A stretch of DNA of 62,794 bases, filler included, from Folioceros fuciformis (taxonomy: Eukaryota): assembly GCA_049999805.1 (NCBI GenBank). It is 6 parts of 6 records of this genome, joined end to end, with 100 filler letters (N's around TTAATTAATTAA, not from the genome) between each part and the next. Parts side by side here need not be neighbours in the genome. Positions count along the whole stretch, not along the records: positions 18,728 to 42,605 come from JBNGIO010001763.1; 5 more parts are not named here. One strand, 5' to 3'. The notes beneath the pieces are model-generated. The model searched no databases and was not told the DNA's origin. It worked only from the letters and a program-made list of their open reading frames with translations. Both the position numbers and the translations under genes were made by a program. Within the stretch, counting starts at the first letter, position 1. Each line of letters begins with the position of its first letter. Below are positions 28,601 to 40,149 of the stretch, in pieces.

Positions 28601-29254
28601 CACTCCAATGTCATCGTCCAGGGCCTCTCCTGCACCCCCCACTCCCGCAGCCTCTCCAGGTTCATGGTAATCGCTGATCCGCTTTCCAATACTCACAAGA
28701 TCCGCAAACAACTCCGTCGACAGGGAGTTCAACAGCGTCTCTATCTCCTTCTTCTTATCCGGATCTTTCAACTTATCATTCTTCAACACCGCCAGGACCT
28801 CATCCGCTGCGCCTCTCAAAATATCCTGTGGGTGGTCCCCAAACTGCTGCTGTATGGTACTCAAAAGGTGCTCGTAAGCTGCCCTCGTCTCCTTCGTCTT
28901 AGGCCTGTACATTCCATCGTCCACAATCGACAAGACACTTTCATCCTGACCTCCCCGCTGCCTCTTGCTGGGCTTCTTAGGGACGTCCACCGCAGCCTTC
29001 TCCTTCTCCTTCAAGGCTCTTTTGTTCCTCGCCTTCACCAACTTGTCATCCAGCTCCTGTGGCCGTCCATGGTATGCTCTGTCCCCAAAATGCCTCGGCT
29101 CTATCTTTCCCCACAAACTCTCCGGCTCTCCAGTCGGTTCATGAGTGTCTCTCGGTCTGGTGTCCGTGGTGAGCACCAAGCTGGAATTTGCCCTGTACTC
29201 ATATTGCTTAAACCGGGCATGCGCCTCTGCTCCTCCACCCAAATGAGCCGCCAT
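22694..29254 (-). CDS. BRR2: U5 snRNP 200-kDa DExH-box helicase, single exon, 2186 aa
   Basis: N-terminus [14 protein letters not shown]; two helicase cassettes ([12 protein letters not shown] and [12 protein letters not shown]), each followed by a Sec63-type unit. Confidence 0.98.
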   Translation of the reverse strand: MAAHLGGGAEAHARFKQYEYRANSSLVLTTDTRPRDTHEPTGEPESLWGKIEPRHFGDRAYHGRPQELDDKLVKARNKRALKEKEKAAVDVPKKPSKRQRGGQDESVLSIVDDGMYRPKTKETRAAYEHLLSTIQQQFGDHPQDILRGAADEVLAVLKNDKLKDPDKKKEIETLLNSLSTELFADLVSIGKRISDYHEPGEAAGVGGAGEALDDDIGVAVEFEEEEEEEEDDLDEVQEDSDGDEDGQDTRDAAAMQMGQVDEEEMEEADEGLNVQDIDAYWLQRKISQAYGDIDPQQSQKLAEEVLKILAEGDDAEPENRLVTAENRLVMLLQYDKFDLIKLLLRNRLKVVWCTRLARAEDDNQRKKIEEEMMEGGSALSAILEQLHATRATAKERQRNLERSIREEARKLRDDGADVEKGRQPEREGVIDSGWTKGQRQLLNLEQLSFHQGGFLMANKRCELPQGSYRATKKGYEEVHVPAIRPKPMADGEELVKISEMPEWAQPAFAGMKTLNRVQSRVYEAALFTPENLLLCAPTGAGKTNVAMLAMLHEIRLKTGEDGKIDLNGFKIVYVAPMKALVSELVQNFSNRLKEYKVVVRELTGDQTLSRQQIEETQIIVTTPEKWDIITRKSGDRTYTQLVKLLIIDEIHLLHDNRGPVLESIVARTVRQIETTQELIRLVGLSATLPNYEDVALFLRVDKNKGLFHFDNSYRPCPLAQQYIGITIKKPLQRFQAMNEVCHEKVMEVAGKHQVLIFVHSRKETAKTARLIRDTALGNDTMGRFLKEDSASREILQTESEGVKSHDLRDLLPYGFAIHHAGMARSDRTLVEDLFADGHIQVLVSTATLAWGVNLPAHTVIIKGTQIYNPEKGSWTELSPLDVMQMLGRAGRPQFDTYGEGIIITGHSELQYYLSLMNQQLPIESQYISRLADNLNAEIVLGSVQNAREACAWLGYTYLYIRMARNPTLYGVSVDAREKDPELEERRADLIHSAASILDKNNLTKYDRKSGYFQVTDLGRISSYYYISHGTMATYNEHLKPTMGEIELCRLFSLSEEFKFVIVREEEKMELAKLLDRVPIPVKESLEEPSAKINVLLQAYTSQLKLEGLSLTSDMVFITQSAGRLMRGLFEIVLKRGWAQLAEKALNLCKMVQKRMWNSQTPLRQFKGIPMDILIKIEKKDLAWERYYDLSSQEIGELISFPKMGKTLHRYIHQFPKLELELAHVQPITRSVLKIDLTIIPDFQWDEKVHGYVEPFWVIVEDNDGEDILHHEYFLLKMQYIEDDHHLSFTVPIYEPMPPQYFIRVVSDKWLGAQTVLPVPFRHLILPEKYPPPTELLDLQPLPVSALRNPAYEALYHKFKHFNPIQTQVFTVLYNTDDNVLVGAPTGSGKTICAEFAVLRMLQKAPDNGGSRCVYIAPVEALAKERFRDWEQKFGLGLGVRVVELTGETATDLKLLEKGQIVISTPERWDVLSRRWKQRKHVQQVSLFIVDELHLIGGEGGPVLEVIVSRMRYIASHTDSKIRVVALSTSLANAKDLGEWIGASSHGLFNFPPGVRPVPLEIHIQGVDIANFEARMQAMTKPTYTSILQHAKGGKPAIVFVPTRKHARLTAVDLVTYATADGGGKSQFLQCTAEDLAPFLEKFKDDALEHALSHGVGYLHEGLSASEQEVVTQLFDAGAIQLCVASSSMCWGMTISAHLVVVMGTQYYDGRENAHTDYPITDLLQMMGRASRPLLDDTGKCVILCHAPRKEYYKKFLYEPFPVESHLDHFLHDHLNAEVVVRTIENKQDAVDYLTWTLMYRRLTQNPNYYNLQGVSHRHLSDHLSELVETKLADLEASKCVAIEDDMDLSPLNLGMIAAYYYISYTTIELFSSSLTAKTKLKGLLEILASASEYSRLPMRPGEEEMVRKLINHQRFSMDKPKYTDPHVKANALLQAHFSRHGVTGNLALDQRQILLDASRLLQAMVDVISSSGWLNPALAAMELSQMVTQGLWERDSLLLQLPHFTKDLARRCTENPGKPVETVFDLIEMEDEERRELLQMSDSQLLDIARVCNRFPNIDLAYDVLDSDDISTGDTVTLVVSLERELEGRQDLGPVDAPRFPKPKEEGWWLVVGEPKGNQLLAIKRVSLQRKAKVKLEFTAPSDVGKKTYTLYFMCDAYLGCDQEYEFTIDVKEAAEDEEDAKPMEE

Positions 29255-29337
29255 CCTCGGCCCCTACCCACTCGTCCTCTTCTCTTGTTTGTACACTCGC
29301 GCTGCGCTACCGCCAGCAACACGTCCTCCTACACGTA

Positions 29338-29345
29338 AAACCCTA
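29338..29345 (+). promoter_or_regulatory. Telo-box-like motif in the 580-bp divergent BRR2/PPR intergenic region
   Basis: AAACCCTA about 85 nt upstream of the BRR2 ATG. Telo-boxes are common in plant housekeeping-gene leaders; function here is untested. Confidence 0.4.
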
Positions 29346-29835
29346 AGTTTCAGCTCCAACTATGACGCTGCCACCATCTTCTCTACCGTCAGGAAACTTA
29401 GGCTCCAGCCTACATGTCCAAACACTGGCAGCCTTCGGAATGTGTCTTTCGAGACACATCTATCTAAAGACTTCGGGATTAAGCATCCTTCATCCTCCGC
29501 TTAGATCGATACTTAGATGGGGTGCCAAGTACCGTACTTAGGTGGTGTCGCTAAACGGAAGGACGCTGCTCCTTGCAGCCGTTAGTTTGTACCAAGCTTT
29601 AGCTTTATTGAGCAAAGTCCCATGATTCAAGTCGTGAAGAGCCAAGTCCCAATCCGTCTTCCGAATGTTGTACCTGCGCACTCGTGGGTGAACAGTCCGA
29701 GTGCCTCAGTAGCTCAATGGAGCTGTCACATTCCCGCCCTTTCTCCCGCTTACAAAATTAGGGCTTCTTTTTTCGCCTAGACTACTCTTGGGTTTATGGA
29801 CGTTGCTGTGTCTATCCGTTTGCCTTGCCTCCAGC

Positions 29836-31020
29836 ATGCCAAATGCCATCACGTGTTGGAGGCTTGCATCATCGGCACAACGCAAGAGGATCGTGGGAGC
29901 TGCGAGATTCTTACGGGAAGGTGTTGGATGCCAGGAAGTTGACAGGAAGGTGCGAGGAAGCCGTGGTGTTGCGAGATCTAGGAATCGGGTTGCACAGGAG
30001 TTAGACGTTTGGCCTGCATTTTCCACTCGAGGTGGCGTAGCATGGAGGTATGATTTTGTGTCGAGCGTGAGCCGAGACTTTTGCACCGGCTGTGCTCAAG
30101 GCGCAGAGGCTGCTTCTTTGGAGGTGGGTTCTGTTCCCAAGTCCGATACCAAGGCGGCTGAACCCCCCTCGGATTTGAAGATTGCCAAGAGGGTGGTTGA
30201 GGTGCTAGGGAAGGGGAAATGGGGGGAGGATCGAGGCAAGAGCGTGGAGGGGCTAGGGTGGTACATGACCCCGCACAGAGTGAACATGGTGGTGAAGAGG
30301 CTGAGTGTGAATGCGGACATGGCATGGGGTTTCTTCAACTGGGCTGCCGGTCAGCCGGGGTTCAAGCACAACGGCCACACCTATTACACCATGATGAATG
30401 TGTTCGGGCGGAGTGGGAACTTCAGGGCCATGGAAAATCTGCTGGAGGCGATGCACCAAGAGGGCTGCCCACCCGATGCTCCCACCTACAACATACTTGT
30501 GAAGTGGTACGGGAGGCTGTGGAACGTGAAGGAAGCTGTGAGGGTTGTGGCGGGCATGGAGGCACAGGGCTGCAAGCCCAATAAGGAGACTTATAACTCT
30601 CTCCTCCACTCCCTTGCGAAGCAGAGGTTCCACTACGAGGCTATGAGGGTGTACCAGCAGATGATTCTGGCCGGGTGCCGGCCCAACAACCACACGCACG
30701 CTGTTATGATTCGAAGCTTGGGAGCCTCGGGCAAGATCCAAGAAGCTTGTCAGCTGTTCGAGCGCATGCCGGAGGCTAAATGTAAACGCAGTGAGCTTGC
30801 TTACAGTGCCATGATAGAGGTGCACTCCAAGGCAGGGAACGTGGAGGAAGTTGCAGAATTGTTCAGACGCATGAAAGATGCTCGTCTCACTCCGGATGAA
30901 GCTACTTATGAGCTCATAGCAGAAACATTGAAGGGTGCAGGCTTAACAGATGAGGCCGATACCGTTACATGGGAGAGACAATACAAATATCCGTCCAGGA
31001 GAAGGCGACGAGGGCGATAA
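29836..31020 (+). CDS. P-class pentatricopeptide repeat protein, single exon, likely organellar
   Basis: Arg-rich N-terminus, AWGFFNWA..QPGFKHN motif, then about five 35-aa repeats (TYYTMMNVFGRSG, TYNILVKWYG, TYNSLLHSLA, THAVMIRSLG, AYSAMIEVHS). Confidence 0.92.
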   Translation: MPNAITCWRLASSAQRKRIVGAARFLREGVGCQEVDRKVRGSRGVARSRNRVAQELDVWPAFSTRGGVAWRYDFVSSVSRDFCTGCAQGAEAASLEVGSVPKSDTKAAEPPSDLKIAKRVVEVLGKGKWGEDRGKSVEGLGWYMTPHRVNMVVKRLSVNADMAWGFFNWAAGQPGFKHNGHTYYTMMNVFGRSGNFRAMENLLEAMHQEGCPPDAPTYNILVKWYGRLWNVKEAVRVVAGMEAQGCKPNKETYNSLLHSLAKQRFHYEAMRVYQQMILAGCRPNNHTHAVMIRSLGASGKIQEACQLFERMPEAKCKRSELAYSAMIEVHSKAGNVEEVAELFRRMKDARLTPDEATYELIAETLKGAGLTDEADTVTWERQYKYPSRRRRRGR

Positions 31021-32232
31021 TCCAGACTGGTCTCCTTTCCAGCCACCGCCGCAGTCAAGCTGCATGGGCCTTTATGATGCGAACCAAGGTAACATTTCTC
31101 AGTTCACAATCCAAGTTCTCGCATTCTGGAACCAGGTTGTCACTCCTGTGATGATGTGGATCCTAAATGCAGTACATGGGTGTCAATCTGTAGGCATTGA
31201 GACAAGCAACAACCCCCTCAAGGAAGGGCGCAAATTCAGCCTGTCGCGAAACCAGCTCAGTGGATTTGAGCTGTGGATTTGAGCCCAAGTGATGCAAGGG
31301 TGGCCACAGAGCTGCAGGCTCATCATCAGCAGAATCCCTGCAATCGGAATGAGCTTCTGTGAGTATTCCCGCCAGGTCATGCACGCATGCCATCCCCGCA
31401 TGCCTGCCGGCACTACTGACTATTGAAGGAATATGTGCCATCAAATGTACATCGAATTGAAGCAAGGGTACAACTTCACTTCAAAGCCATAGAGAGGATG
31501 GCGTTAACATTTCCAACAAACTCAGAAACTTGTAACAAATGTAACCGATGATGGTCACTTTAGCACGAAGTGAGTTTCAGTCATCCCTCCTCGTAGATTA
31601 TGTCGACTGCTTCTCTGGGCAATGAAGAAAAAAATGGTGTTCACACAAAGCCTTCGATTGCACCTTGAAGTGGAGTCATGACGGTGCCACCTCGCTTGCG
31701 TGGTGGTAACGTCAAAAGATGACGGCGGCTGCGAATCCGGCGAGAGACTTGGACAAGAAAGGAAAGAGTTACTGTGCTGAACGCAGCAGCATGCCACATC
31801 TGGAGCTATATCCAGAGCGCTGTCTGGCTCTGGCTTGAAATCAGGAAAAGGCTGACAGTGTGACGTGCACAGCTCTGCTGCCTTGGCAGCTCTGTGAAAC
31901 GCCGCGTGCCCTCGCTCCACTTCAGCATCCCCCTCCGCCCTCGGCTGAAAGGGGATCATAAACACCGAGCAGGATGGCAGCCTAGTATCAGCTTGAGTTT
32001 ATAGACGTGCTCTTGAAGTTTCAGTCTGTATGTTCTCATACTGTGTACAAGCATCTTGCTCTCCTGCCCCCGTCGGCCTTGCATGCATAAGCCCCCGCCA
32101 AGCATCTACATTCCGCAAGGTTGATCGAGTTGTGCTCCCAGGATCTTGCAGCCTTCGAGCAAGCTTCGCAACCAGCAGGAGAAGGATTGGCATCAGGTCC
32201 AGCTGAGGTCGAAGTCGAGGAACATTGTGGCC

Positions 32233-33795
32233 ATGGCGTCGGAGAAGGAGTTCAAACGTGAAGAGCACCGCACGGATGCCAGGAAGGAGGCGGACGAGAG
32301 ATCGGGCTCTGCCAAGGAGAAGGCGTCCTCTGCCACCGACAAAGCGAGGGAGTCCGTAGCGGAGTACGGCAGTGCGGCAGCGGACTCCGCTGCTGCCGCC
32401 TTGAAGGAGGCGCAGGACCGGTTCATCAGGGCCAAGGAAACTCTGGCGGAGGCGACGGACAGGAGCAAGGAAGCCACTGCGGACAAGGCGAGCCAGGCTG
32501 CGGAAAAAGCGACCGAGACCAGGGAGAGTGCGCAGCAGACAGCAGTGGAGACGAAGGACTCTGCCATGGGAACGCTGCAAGACATGGTGGAGGTGGCGAG
32601 GAAGAAGCTGGAAGAGTTCACGGGGGCTGGGAGAGAACGTTTGGAGCAGGCCGCGAGCGGCACTCAGGAGACCGCCGAGAGCGCCAGAGACAAGGCAGGT
32701 GAAATGGCGCAGTCTACCAAGGACAAGGCGGGTGAGATGGCACAGTCTACGAAGGACAAGGCAGGGCAGACTGCGGAGTCGGCCAAGCAGAGCACTGTCG
32801 AGACTGCGGAGTCAATGAGACAGCGCGCGGGGGAGACCATGGAGGAATTCAAGCACAGAGTGGAGGATGCTTCTTCCAGAGCCGGTGAGACGAAGGAGGA
32901 AGCTAAACGGAGAGTAGAGGAAGCGGGCGGTAGGGCTCGGGACTCAGCGGCCGATACCACGGAGTCTGCTACGCAAAAGGCATCGGAAACCACGGAATCT
33001 GTCAAGCACAAGGCAGCGGAAACCACCGAGTCCGCGAAGCAGAAGGCATCTGAGACCAAGGAATCCATGAAGCAGAAAGCATCTGAAACCACAGAATCAA
33101 TAAAGCAGCGCGCGGGAGAGACCAAGGAGGAGTTCAATCGCCGACTGGAGGAGGGAGCAAGGAAGGCAGGGGAGACGAAGGAGGAGGCGAAGCGGAAGGC
33201 GGAGGAAGCAGCACAGACAGGAGCCGAGGCCAAGGATTCTGCTAAGCAAAAGACATCAGAGACCACTGAGTCTGCCAAGCAGAAGGCATCGGAGATGGCG
33301 GAATCCATGAAGCAGCGCGCCGGGGAGAGCGCGGAGGAGTTCAAGCGCAGAGTGGAGGAGGTTGCTACCAAGGCCGGGAAGACGAAGGAAGAGGCGAAGA
33401 GACGAGCGGAGGAAGCTACCAAGAGAGCCGGGGAGAGTACGGAGTCCAAGAAGGAGCGATCCGGAGAAAGCGAGGAAGAAGTAAAGCGGCGAGCGGAGGA
33501 AGCCGCTCGCAGATCCACGGATTACACCAGGGAGCACGCTGCTGCTGCAGAGCATCCCAAGGGCATTTTGCAAGCTTTGGGAGAGAAGGTGATGCAGCTT
33601 AAGGATGCGGTTGTGGGAAGTCCTCACCCTCACCCTCAGGAAGCTGGAGTGATTCAGAAGCATGACGACATGGGACAGAAGCTGGCTGCTGCTGCTTCAG
33701 CTGATCCACAGTACGCTGGTGTGCCGGATGTTACCACGGACCCCATGGAAGAGGTGGTCGAACGAGATGACAAATCCAAAGATGCAAGGTTGTAA
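32233..33795 (+). CDS. Group 3 (LEA_4-like) late embryogenesis abundant protein, about 520 aa
   Basis: Good-context ATG (GCCATGG); A/E/K/T/S-rich with 11-mer repeats (AKQKASETTES, TKDKAGEMAQS, AGETKEEAKRR); ACGTG cores and CATGCA upstream. Confidence 0.85.
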   Translation: MASEKEFKREEHRTDARKEADERSGSAKEKASSATDKARESVAEYGSAAADSAAAALKEAQDRFIRAKETLAEATDRSKEATADKASQAAEKATETRESAQQTAVETKDSAMGTLQDMVEVARKKLEEFTGAGRERLEQAASGTQETAESARDKAGEMAQSTKDKAGEMAQSTKDKAGQTAESAKQSTVETAESMRQRAGETMEEFKHRVEDASSRAGETKEEAKRRVEEAGGRARDSAADTTESATQKASETTESVKHKAAETTESAKQKASETKESMKQKASETTESIKQRAGETKEEFNRRLEEGARKAGETKEEAKRKAEEAAQTGAEAKDSAKQKTSETTESAKQKASEMAESMKQRAGESAEEFKRRVEEVATKAGKTKEEAKRRAEEATKRAGESTESKKERSGESEEEVKRRAEEAARRSTDYTREHAAAAEHPKGILQALGEKVMQLKDAVVGSPHPHPQEAGVIQKHDDMGQKLAAAASADPQYAGVPDVTTDPMEEVVERDDKSKDARL

Positions 33796-34471
33796 ATTCC
33801 TGGATCCATTGTTACCAGGTCTTGTCGGACGTTTTATAATCTGTACATAGCTCTTCCTCAGTGACGGAAGGATAGTATATCTCTGTCCAAAACTGTTTGT
33901 GGGTACCAGCGTGCCATCCAAGTGAGCTTGGATTTGCGGTGTGCACTCGTAGATTTGATGTACTGCGTAGAGTTGTTTTTGTACATATGTAAGCCATGAC
34001 TTGAAAGATCGACCTTACGAGATGCTCTTGAATAGACTTGTGCTTCACACAAAGCTCTGCACTAATCCATGGTCTCCAATGCTTTCTCGCATTGGATTGG
34101 AGGCTATGGTATTCTTACATCCAATACGTAACAAACGTAACCGATGATCGACGGCGGGCAAGTGAAACAACAGATGACACTGTCAGCCAGTTTTTTATGT
34201 CTGGATTCTACGGAAGGAATTGGAGTGGCATGCGAACTGGTGAATATCCACGAAGCCAACTGGAAGCAAGTGATGACCTGGAGGGTGAAAGGAATTTCAG
34301 TGTTGCCAGACGTGCGAACGGGTCTGTGGCCCAGATGCTGCCAAGTCTGCTGGCCTGACTTGAGCTGGGTGTGCAGCGGGGATGGCATTTTGCGAGTGAG
34401 CCTAAGGAGGTGGTGACGTGCAAGAGCTCGGCTTTAATTCCCGGGCTAAGGATTGTACAAACTCCTGGGCT

Positions 34472-36126
34472 ATGGCGGGGTTGGCTTCCTGCTCCTCCAC
34501 CTGGGTTGCCTCTTCCTGCGTGAAGCAAGCTGGTGTGCGGCAGGATTGTTCCGTGTCGGATTGTCGCACTGCTGCCATTGCATTCGGCAGTCCGCCCGCC
34601 CCGTTGGGTCCGAGGGTTTTGGGGGCGGCTCCATTGCACCTTTGTTCGTCACACTTTGCCGGGACTCGATGGGTGGATGCTTCAGCGCTTTCGATCAGCG
34701 GGGAGGAATTGAGGGATAAACGCAGAGGGGTGATGAGAGCTGCAACTCCGGGCACTTTGCAGGAAGAGGCAGCTGCTCCTGGAACCAGCGATTCTCCCTT
34801 CCAAGTGACCTATCTGGAGGTCTGTTCACGACTGGTCATGGCATGGCAAGTTGGCAAGTTGTGGCATAGTCTTGCATCGGTGCCTTGATTTGCTTTCATG
34901 TGGCAGGGGAACAGCTGGTTGTGGAAGGTGGGAGACGTAACCATTTTGGTGGACCCGGTGTTGGTGGGAAATTTGGACTTCGGGATTCCCATCTTGTACG
35001 ATGCGGCAAAGCTGCAGATGAAGGACTTCCAAGTATTGCTTCAGTGTTTAAACGCCTTGTTGGTTGGAAGGGATGTAATCTGCTGTTGCATGGCCCATGA
35101 CCCGTTTGCTCTCCTTTGTCCTCGGCATTTCAGCTGGAAGATCTACCTGCCATTGATGTCTTGCTCATCACTCAAGGTTACGATGACCACTGCCATGCGA
35201 AAACACTGGGCCCCTTGTCCAAGATGTTGCCAGACCTGAAGGTCATTTCCTCCCCAAACGCGGAGCCTATCTTGAAGAATTTCTATAAAGAGGTACTGGA
35301 TGCCGTCCTCCCTGCCGGACTTCCCTCCCGGCTGATCTTCCTCCTCCACCAGATGCTTATGGCGTTTTTCTTGGCAGGTGACCTACCTTGAACCTGGCGA
35401 TACTACCACAGTGAAAGGGCGAAAATCTGAGCTGAAAATTCGTGCCTCCCCTGGACCCGTCCTGGGTCCCCCCTGGCAACGGCCTGAAAATGGGTAAGTC
35501 TGCTGGCTTCTCCGTCACCCTCATGTTGAACACAGCCACTTAGGAAGTCATGGAGTCGCCCTGCACGGCACCTGTAGGTACTTCCTGCAGCTGCTGGACC
35601 CAAAGCTGTCCATATACTATGAGCCTCATTGCGTCTTCAACCGATCTCTCTTGGAGAAGGAGGAGCCAATCGACATTCTTCTAACTCCGGTTGTCAAGCA
35701 AGTCCTACCTGGATACACTCTTGTATCAGGCCAGGAGGATGCAGTAGAGCTGGCCAAACTGCTGAGACCCAAGTAACCTTATCTCACCTTCTTCCTTCTC
35801 CTCCTCCGTCTCCTCCTCGTGGTGTGCCATCATTTGTTAATGCCATTCAACTCATGGGTCTCATGCTCTGCCAGGTACGTCCTGACAATGAGGAATGGCG
35901 AGTTGGATGCCAAAGGCCTCCTCAGCCAGATTGTGAAACAGAAGGGCACGACTGAAGAGTTCAAGGTAGCCTTTTCCTTACCGCTGTCCGGTATTCGATC
36001 GTTTCCTTGTTCACCACTCGCATTCGGGGCTTGTGATTACAGGAGCTTCTGGCCAAATCTCTTCCAAATGTGAGCGTGTTGGAGCCGAAGCCTGGAATGC
36101 CAGTCACTGTGTCCCTTGCTTCATAG
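34472..36126 (+). CDS. Plastid-targeted metallo-beta-lactamase-fold protein, 7 exons
   Basis: Transit-like N-terminus, then TYLEGNSWLW, ILVDPVLVGNLDFG, LLITQGYDDHCH, PGPVLGPPWQRPENGY, YYEPH; ends TVSLAS* (TAG 36124-36126). Confidence 0.9.
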
Positions 36127-36863
36127 ATTCGTAGCAACAACATGGATATTACACATTAGCCCGAGGTCCAACTTCCTCCTAGGAGCCTTGTCAGAGATCG
36201 GCCTCAGCACCAAGACTGCGCGGGCCGAAGGAAAACCACACCCTCCTTTTGCAATCTCGTAAGGTGGGCCCAGCAGAGAGCAGTGCATTAGTGTACAGCA
36301 AACTACACGGTATTTTCAGATGTCACAGGAACTATGAAAGGTAGAATGGAAAAATCGGAACTCTTTTTAGAGTTAGACGGATTTCCCTTATGGTACATCT
36401 AGCTACATACTTGCTCCCCAGCGATGTCCGTTCACTCTATCAAAGATTCTTGCCCATGCAACCAACTCGAGCCTGCCCGTCCCTACTCCTTTTGCGATTC
36501 AACCCGTGAGGTCGATCATGAAAAAACAGAAAGAAAGACAGGGGCCAGCCAGGGTGAACGTTATGCCTGCACGGACATATGGTCCCTTGTTGCTGCGAAG
36601 CATATAAATTCCGTCCTGCTCGTAACCGCATCCGTGATCCTGTCCACACGCAGTTACCGAACTCCAAGGCACCGGCAATGTCGGGCATCCACACAAATCT
36701 CACAGTATCCTTGTCGTTTCGGCGAATAGCGATCTTGTGAAGGCATTTCTCCAAGGGCACCAACATTTGTTTAATCCATCCGATCACTTTCATCATATAA
36801 TACAAGCTCGAAGCACTGCAAGGAGATGACGAATTGCTTTCACGCACACGGAGGTGCGGGCAG

Positions 36864-36871
36864 TATATAAA
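36864..36871 (+). promoter_or_regulatory. TATA box of the small secreted-protein gene
   Basis: TATATAAA about 110 nt upstream of the ATG at 36979. Confidence 0.6.
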
Positions 36872-36978
36872 GCGAGGCCTACGAGCAAGGGAGGCCAGCA
36901 ATCGATCTCATCGCAGACCCAGCTGTGTTCAGTTGTGCACCTCTTACCCAGTGCAGTCCAAGCTTGGAGCGCTCGGAT

Positions 36979-37547
36979 ATGGCAGGATCAGTAGCTGGGC
37001 TCAAGTCCTCCCGCTTGGTGCTGCTGCTCATGGCAGCCATGCTGCTGCTTTCCTGCTTCGTGCAGCCGGCCAAGGCACAAAGCCTGCAAATCCAGATCAC
37101 CATCGAGGGACCGCCCGGTTCGGGTGTTCTGCTCAACGAAACCAACGGTGAGCTCCGGTTGTTGTATCCTGGTGCTATCTCTCCCGTTTTTTATTTCAGG
37201 GGACAATGGATAGATGTGCTCTGTAGGATTGATCATGACCTCCGTCTGACCATGTGCAGCTACTCTTACAAGTGGCAACACCCTTACCTACCCGTTTTCT
37301 CTCCCTGGCATCCCTGGAGTTCCAGTTCGTAAGTTCGCCGTTCAGGATTCTTTGAAAGTCACTGTCTGAAGGTTGATTGTGGAATTGGATTGTGTGTTGT
37401 GGTGCTGGCCATGGGGATCGACTTTGAAGTGGCTGACGGGAGCCCCGTATTTTGATCTGAGGGATGTGTGGTGATCCCCGTTTGTTCATACATGTGGATG
37501 CAGCGTCCATTGCTGCTGGCTTCAATCTCTCGATCAGTGCCCAGTAA
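36979..37547 (+). CDS. Orphan small secreted protein, 93 aa, 3 exons (36979-37147, 37260-37328, 37504-37547)
   Basis: Signal peptide ending AKA|Q; two phase-1 introns (GTGAG..CAG, GTAAG..CAG) give an intact frame; TATA box upstream; a paralog lies nearby. Confidence 0.75.
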
Positions 37548-38361
37548 AGCGGTCTTGGTGGCGCGCGTTGCCGCAGCTAGAATAAGCTGCATGCCACCTA
37601 TATAGCATGCGCAGTGGAGGGGCGTAGGTGCGTAGGCAGAGTTCCCGTAGGCGAGCTCTATTGCTCAAAATGGGTGAAAGCTTCCCAACAGCTGTGACAC
37701 ATTATGAGCAGTAGATGTGCACCTGGCGATAACCTGGCCGCGGCATCTGCTGTACCCGTAGTGTGTACTCTGCAGTCCCGTACTAGCGGACTACCATAGC
37801 TCTGAGATCTTTGTCACGATCAGTTCATATAACTTCCTTTTCCGCAGCAGTGCACATGGACGAATGCCTCACAAACGTTTTGTTCATCAGCAGCATCTTT
37901 GCATACGAGATGATTTTGCACCCCTGCCGGGACCTCTTTTCCGATCGCTACTAGCCTTACACAATGCCGACATCCTCGAGCCTAACGTTCCTTGTGGCCA
38001 TGTCCAGCAGGCAGCTCCCACAATTGAACGGAAAAATCTAGTAGGAATGACACCCTGCAATACAGCACAGTGCCAGCCGTACCGATTCCTGTGGAGATTG
38101 TAAAAGATGCGAGTACCATGCAGCACACGAGGTCATTAATTCATGCATGTGCAGTGCCCATGCCCGCCAATATCCAGAATGTGGAAGGTCGCGCCAGAGC
38201 TGGCGACCGGGACCGTGGAGGAGAGGAGAGGCGGGCCCGAATTCCCTCACCGCATTTGATCCCGCATCATGGAGAAGCTTGATGGAGCTTTTCTGTTAGC
38301 GAGCTGTCGGGGCAATGACTTGGGCTTGCCTCGGAGTTACTCGTCACGAGAGTGAAAGATC

Positions 38362-39371
38362 ATCCTTGGAAGCTGGCCTATCTGTTTTGTGGCTGTGGCG
38401 ACTTCAGAAAGCTCTAAAGATTGTCGGAGCGGAGAGCTTACTAATGGGTCGTAGGAAAGGCACATCGATATAGGATGGGAAATTGACTGCATGGCCAGTT
38501 TCAAGAGTAGCTGCAACGGCACCATCCGGTGCCTTTCTTTATATGGTGATGTTGGCTTCAACGCTTTGTGCCTTGACCATCTGCACGAAGCAGGAAAACA
38601 GCAGCATGGCCGCCACGGGCAGCACCACAAAACGGGAGATCTTGAAGCCAACTACTGATCCTGCCATGTCTGAACACTGCAAGCTGGGACGAGACTGCAG
38701 GTCAACATTTCTGGGAATGCAATGAGCTCGACTGCTGGCTCCTGTAGGGCCTTTGATATAAAAAGTGGCCAGCACGAGGACTTGAAGCGCCACAGCCCCA
38801 TGTGCGTGAAAGTTGTACGTGGTCGCCTTGAGCTCCTTCGTCTGCTTTAAGCTCATATTGTATGATAAAAGTGCTTCTCTGGATTAAAAAAATTGCTGGC
38901 CGGTATCCAATGCCATCGAAAGCGATGAGAAGATCAGGTGCTCAGTTTCGGTGACTCCCACCCGGCATTCCATTCCTCCGACAAGCATGATACACACGAA
39001 CAGCATTAACGCTATGGAATCAGATGACAGGCACCTCTGCCTCTTGTCCTGGCGTCGATATCCTTACACATTCCTGGCATCCTCCAGCCTCACAGTGGGA
39101 AAGCTGCACAGCTATCTGCCCTCTGTTTGACGTCGTATGCTGACTACCTTGCACTTAAACGTTCTAGCGAGAGGGTTGCAGGTCATGGAGAATGCGTGGA
39201 AAGAGGAAGTACTATGTCACAAGTGAAAATGAAAATGCTGACGAGTGAGTTCCAAGGTTCGGGTCCTGGACTGTATCAATCGTTGGTGTTTGTGTTCTGA
39301 ATGTACCCACAATCTTTAGAGCTTTTTGGAGCCGCCACAGCCATGAATCAGATAGTCCAGCTTCCAAGGAT
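38362..39371. repeat. 63-bp inverted repeat pair (38362-38424 / 39309-39371) enclosing the pseudo-copy and its promoter
   Basis: ACAATCTTTAGAGCTTT.TG.AG.CGCCACAGCCA..AA.CAGATAG.CCAGCTTCCAAGGAT; 7 mismatches in 63 by manual alignment. Confidence 0.85.
38442..38667 (-). pseudogene. Inverted paralog of the small secreted protein, with a premature TAA
   Basis: MAGSVVGFKISRFVVLPVAAMLLFSCFVQMVKAQSVEANITI* (TAA 38541-38539, where the paralog has Glu). Read-through gives ATLETGHAVNFP, similar to ATLTSGNTLTYP, followed by a matching GTAAG donor. Confidence 0.75.
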
Positions 39372-40149
39372 AATAACACGGTAGTGGGGTCAGGCTCGCA
39401 GATTACTAAAACTACACGCCCAAACTCTCAAGAGTGTTCAAATCATGACGGGCTCCTCCAGAAAGGTTGTATAACATGGGCCGGGAAATCCTAGAACGAA
39501 TAGTATGTGCGGCCGAGCGAGGGATCTGAGTCTGGCCCCGCTAGCTCAGGCTCTCCAAGTGAATGCCGTTCCTCGGCAACCGCATCCTCGAGATGACGGA
39601 TTGCAAGAAGCTAGTTCCATGCAAAAAGTTTTATTATGAAAAACTAAAAGTTATTATTTCCTAGATAGAGCTAGCAGGGAGTTGGTGAGTGAACTTTTTT
39701 CAATAAGAGAAAATAAATTTCCTTCATAAGCTGTCCAGTAACAAATGTGTTAATACATTTCTCAGATTCATAAAAGTCCATGAGATTAACCACATATACC
39801 AAGATAAAAAAAATCTTCATGTCTCTTTACTTTCAAGTTTGTGCAATGTAATGTGTAAGCTATTCAGTAACTTAGGTTAAGAATAATTATCTTTCTCCTC
39901 CTTCTCTCCAACAATCTAGTTTCCAACATAGATGATTCTTAAAGTTGCTTTCATTCCAAACGGAGAGCTAATTATTAACTAAGTCTACAATGTAGATAAG
40001 ATGTGACATACTTTACAAACCATATCTTTAAAAAAAATGTCTTATATTCTTCTACATTGATAGAACTTAAGTTATTGACTGTGTAAACTAGTACTAACTT
40101 ATGGTTTTATTCATAAAAGGTCACACAAACATGACTAATTGAGCATTAC

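Noticed and set aside
22694..29254. Intronless BRR2 as a retrocopy
   Set aside because: Plant BRR2 genes are, to my recollection, intron-poor; the ORF is intact with no poly(A) or TSD scar.
32193..33518. Long antisense ORFs over the LEA gene (also 28406-29338 over BRR2 and 52702-53553 over the NPF)
   Set aside because: Expected shadow frames of GC-rich or repetitive coding sequence.
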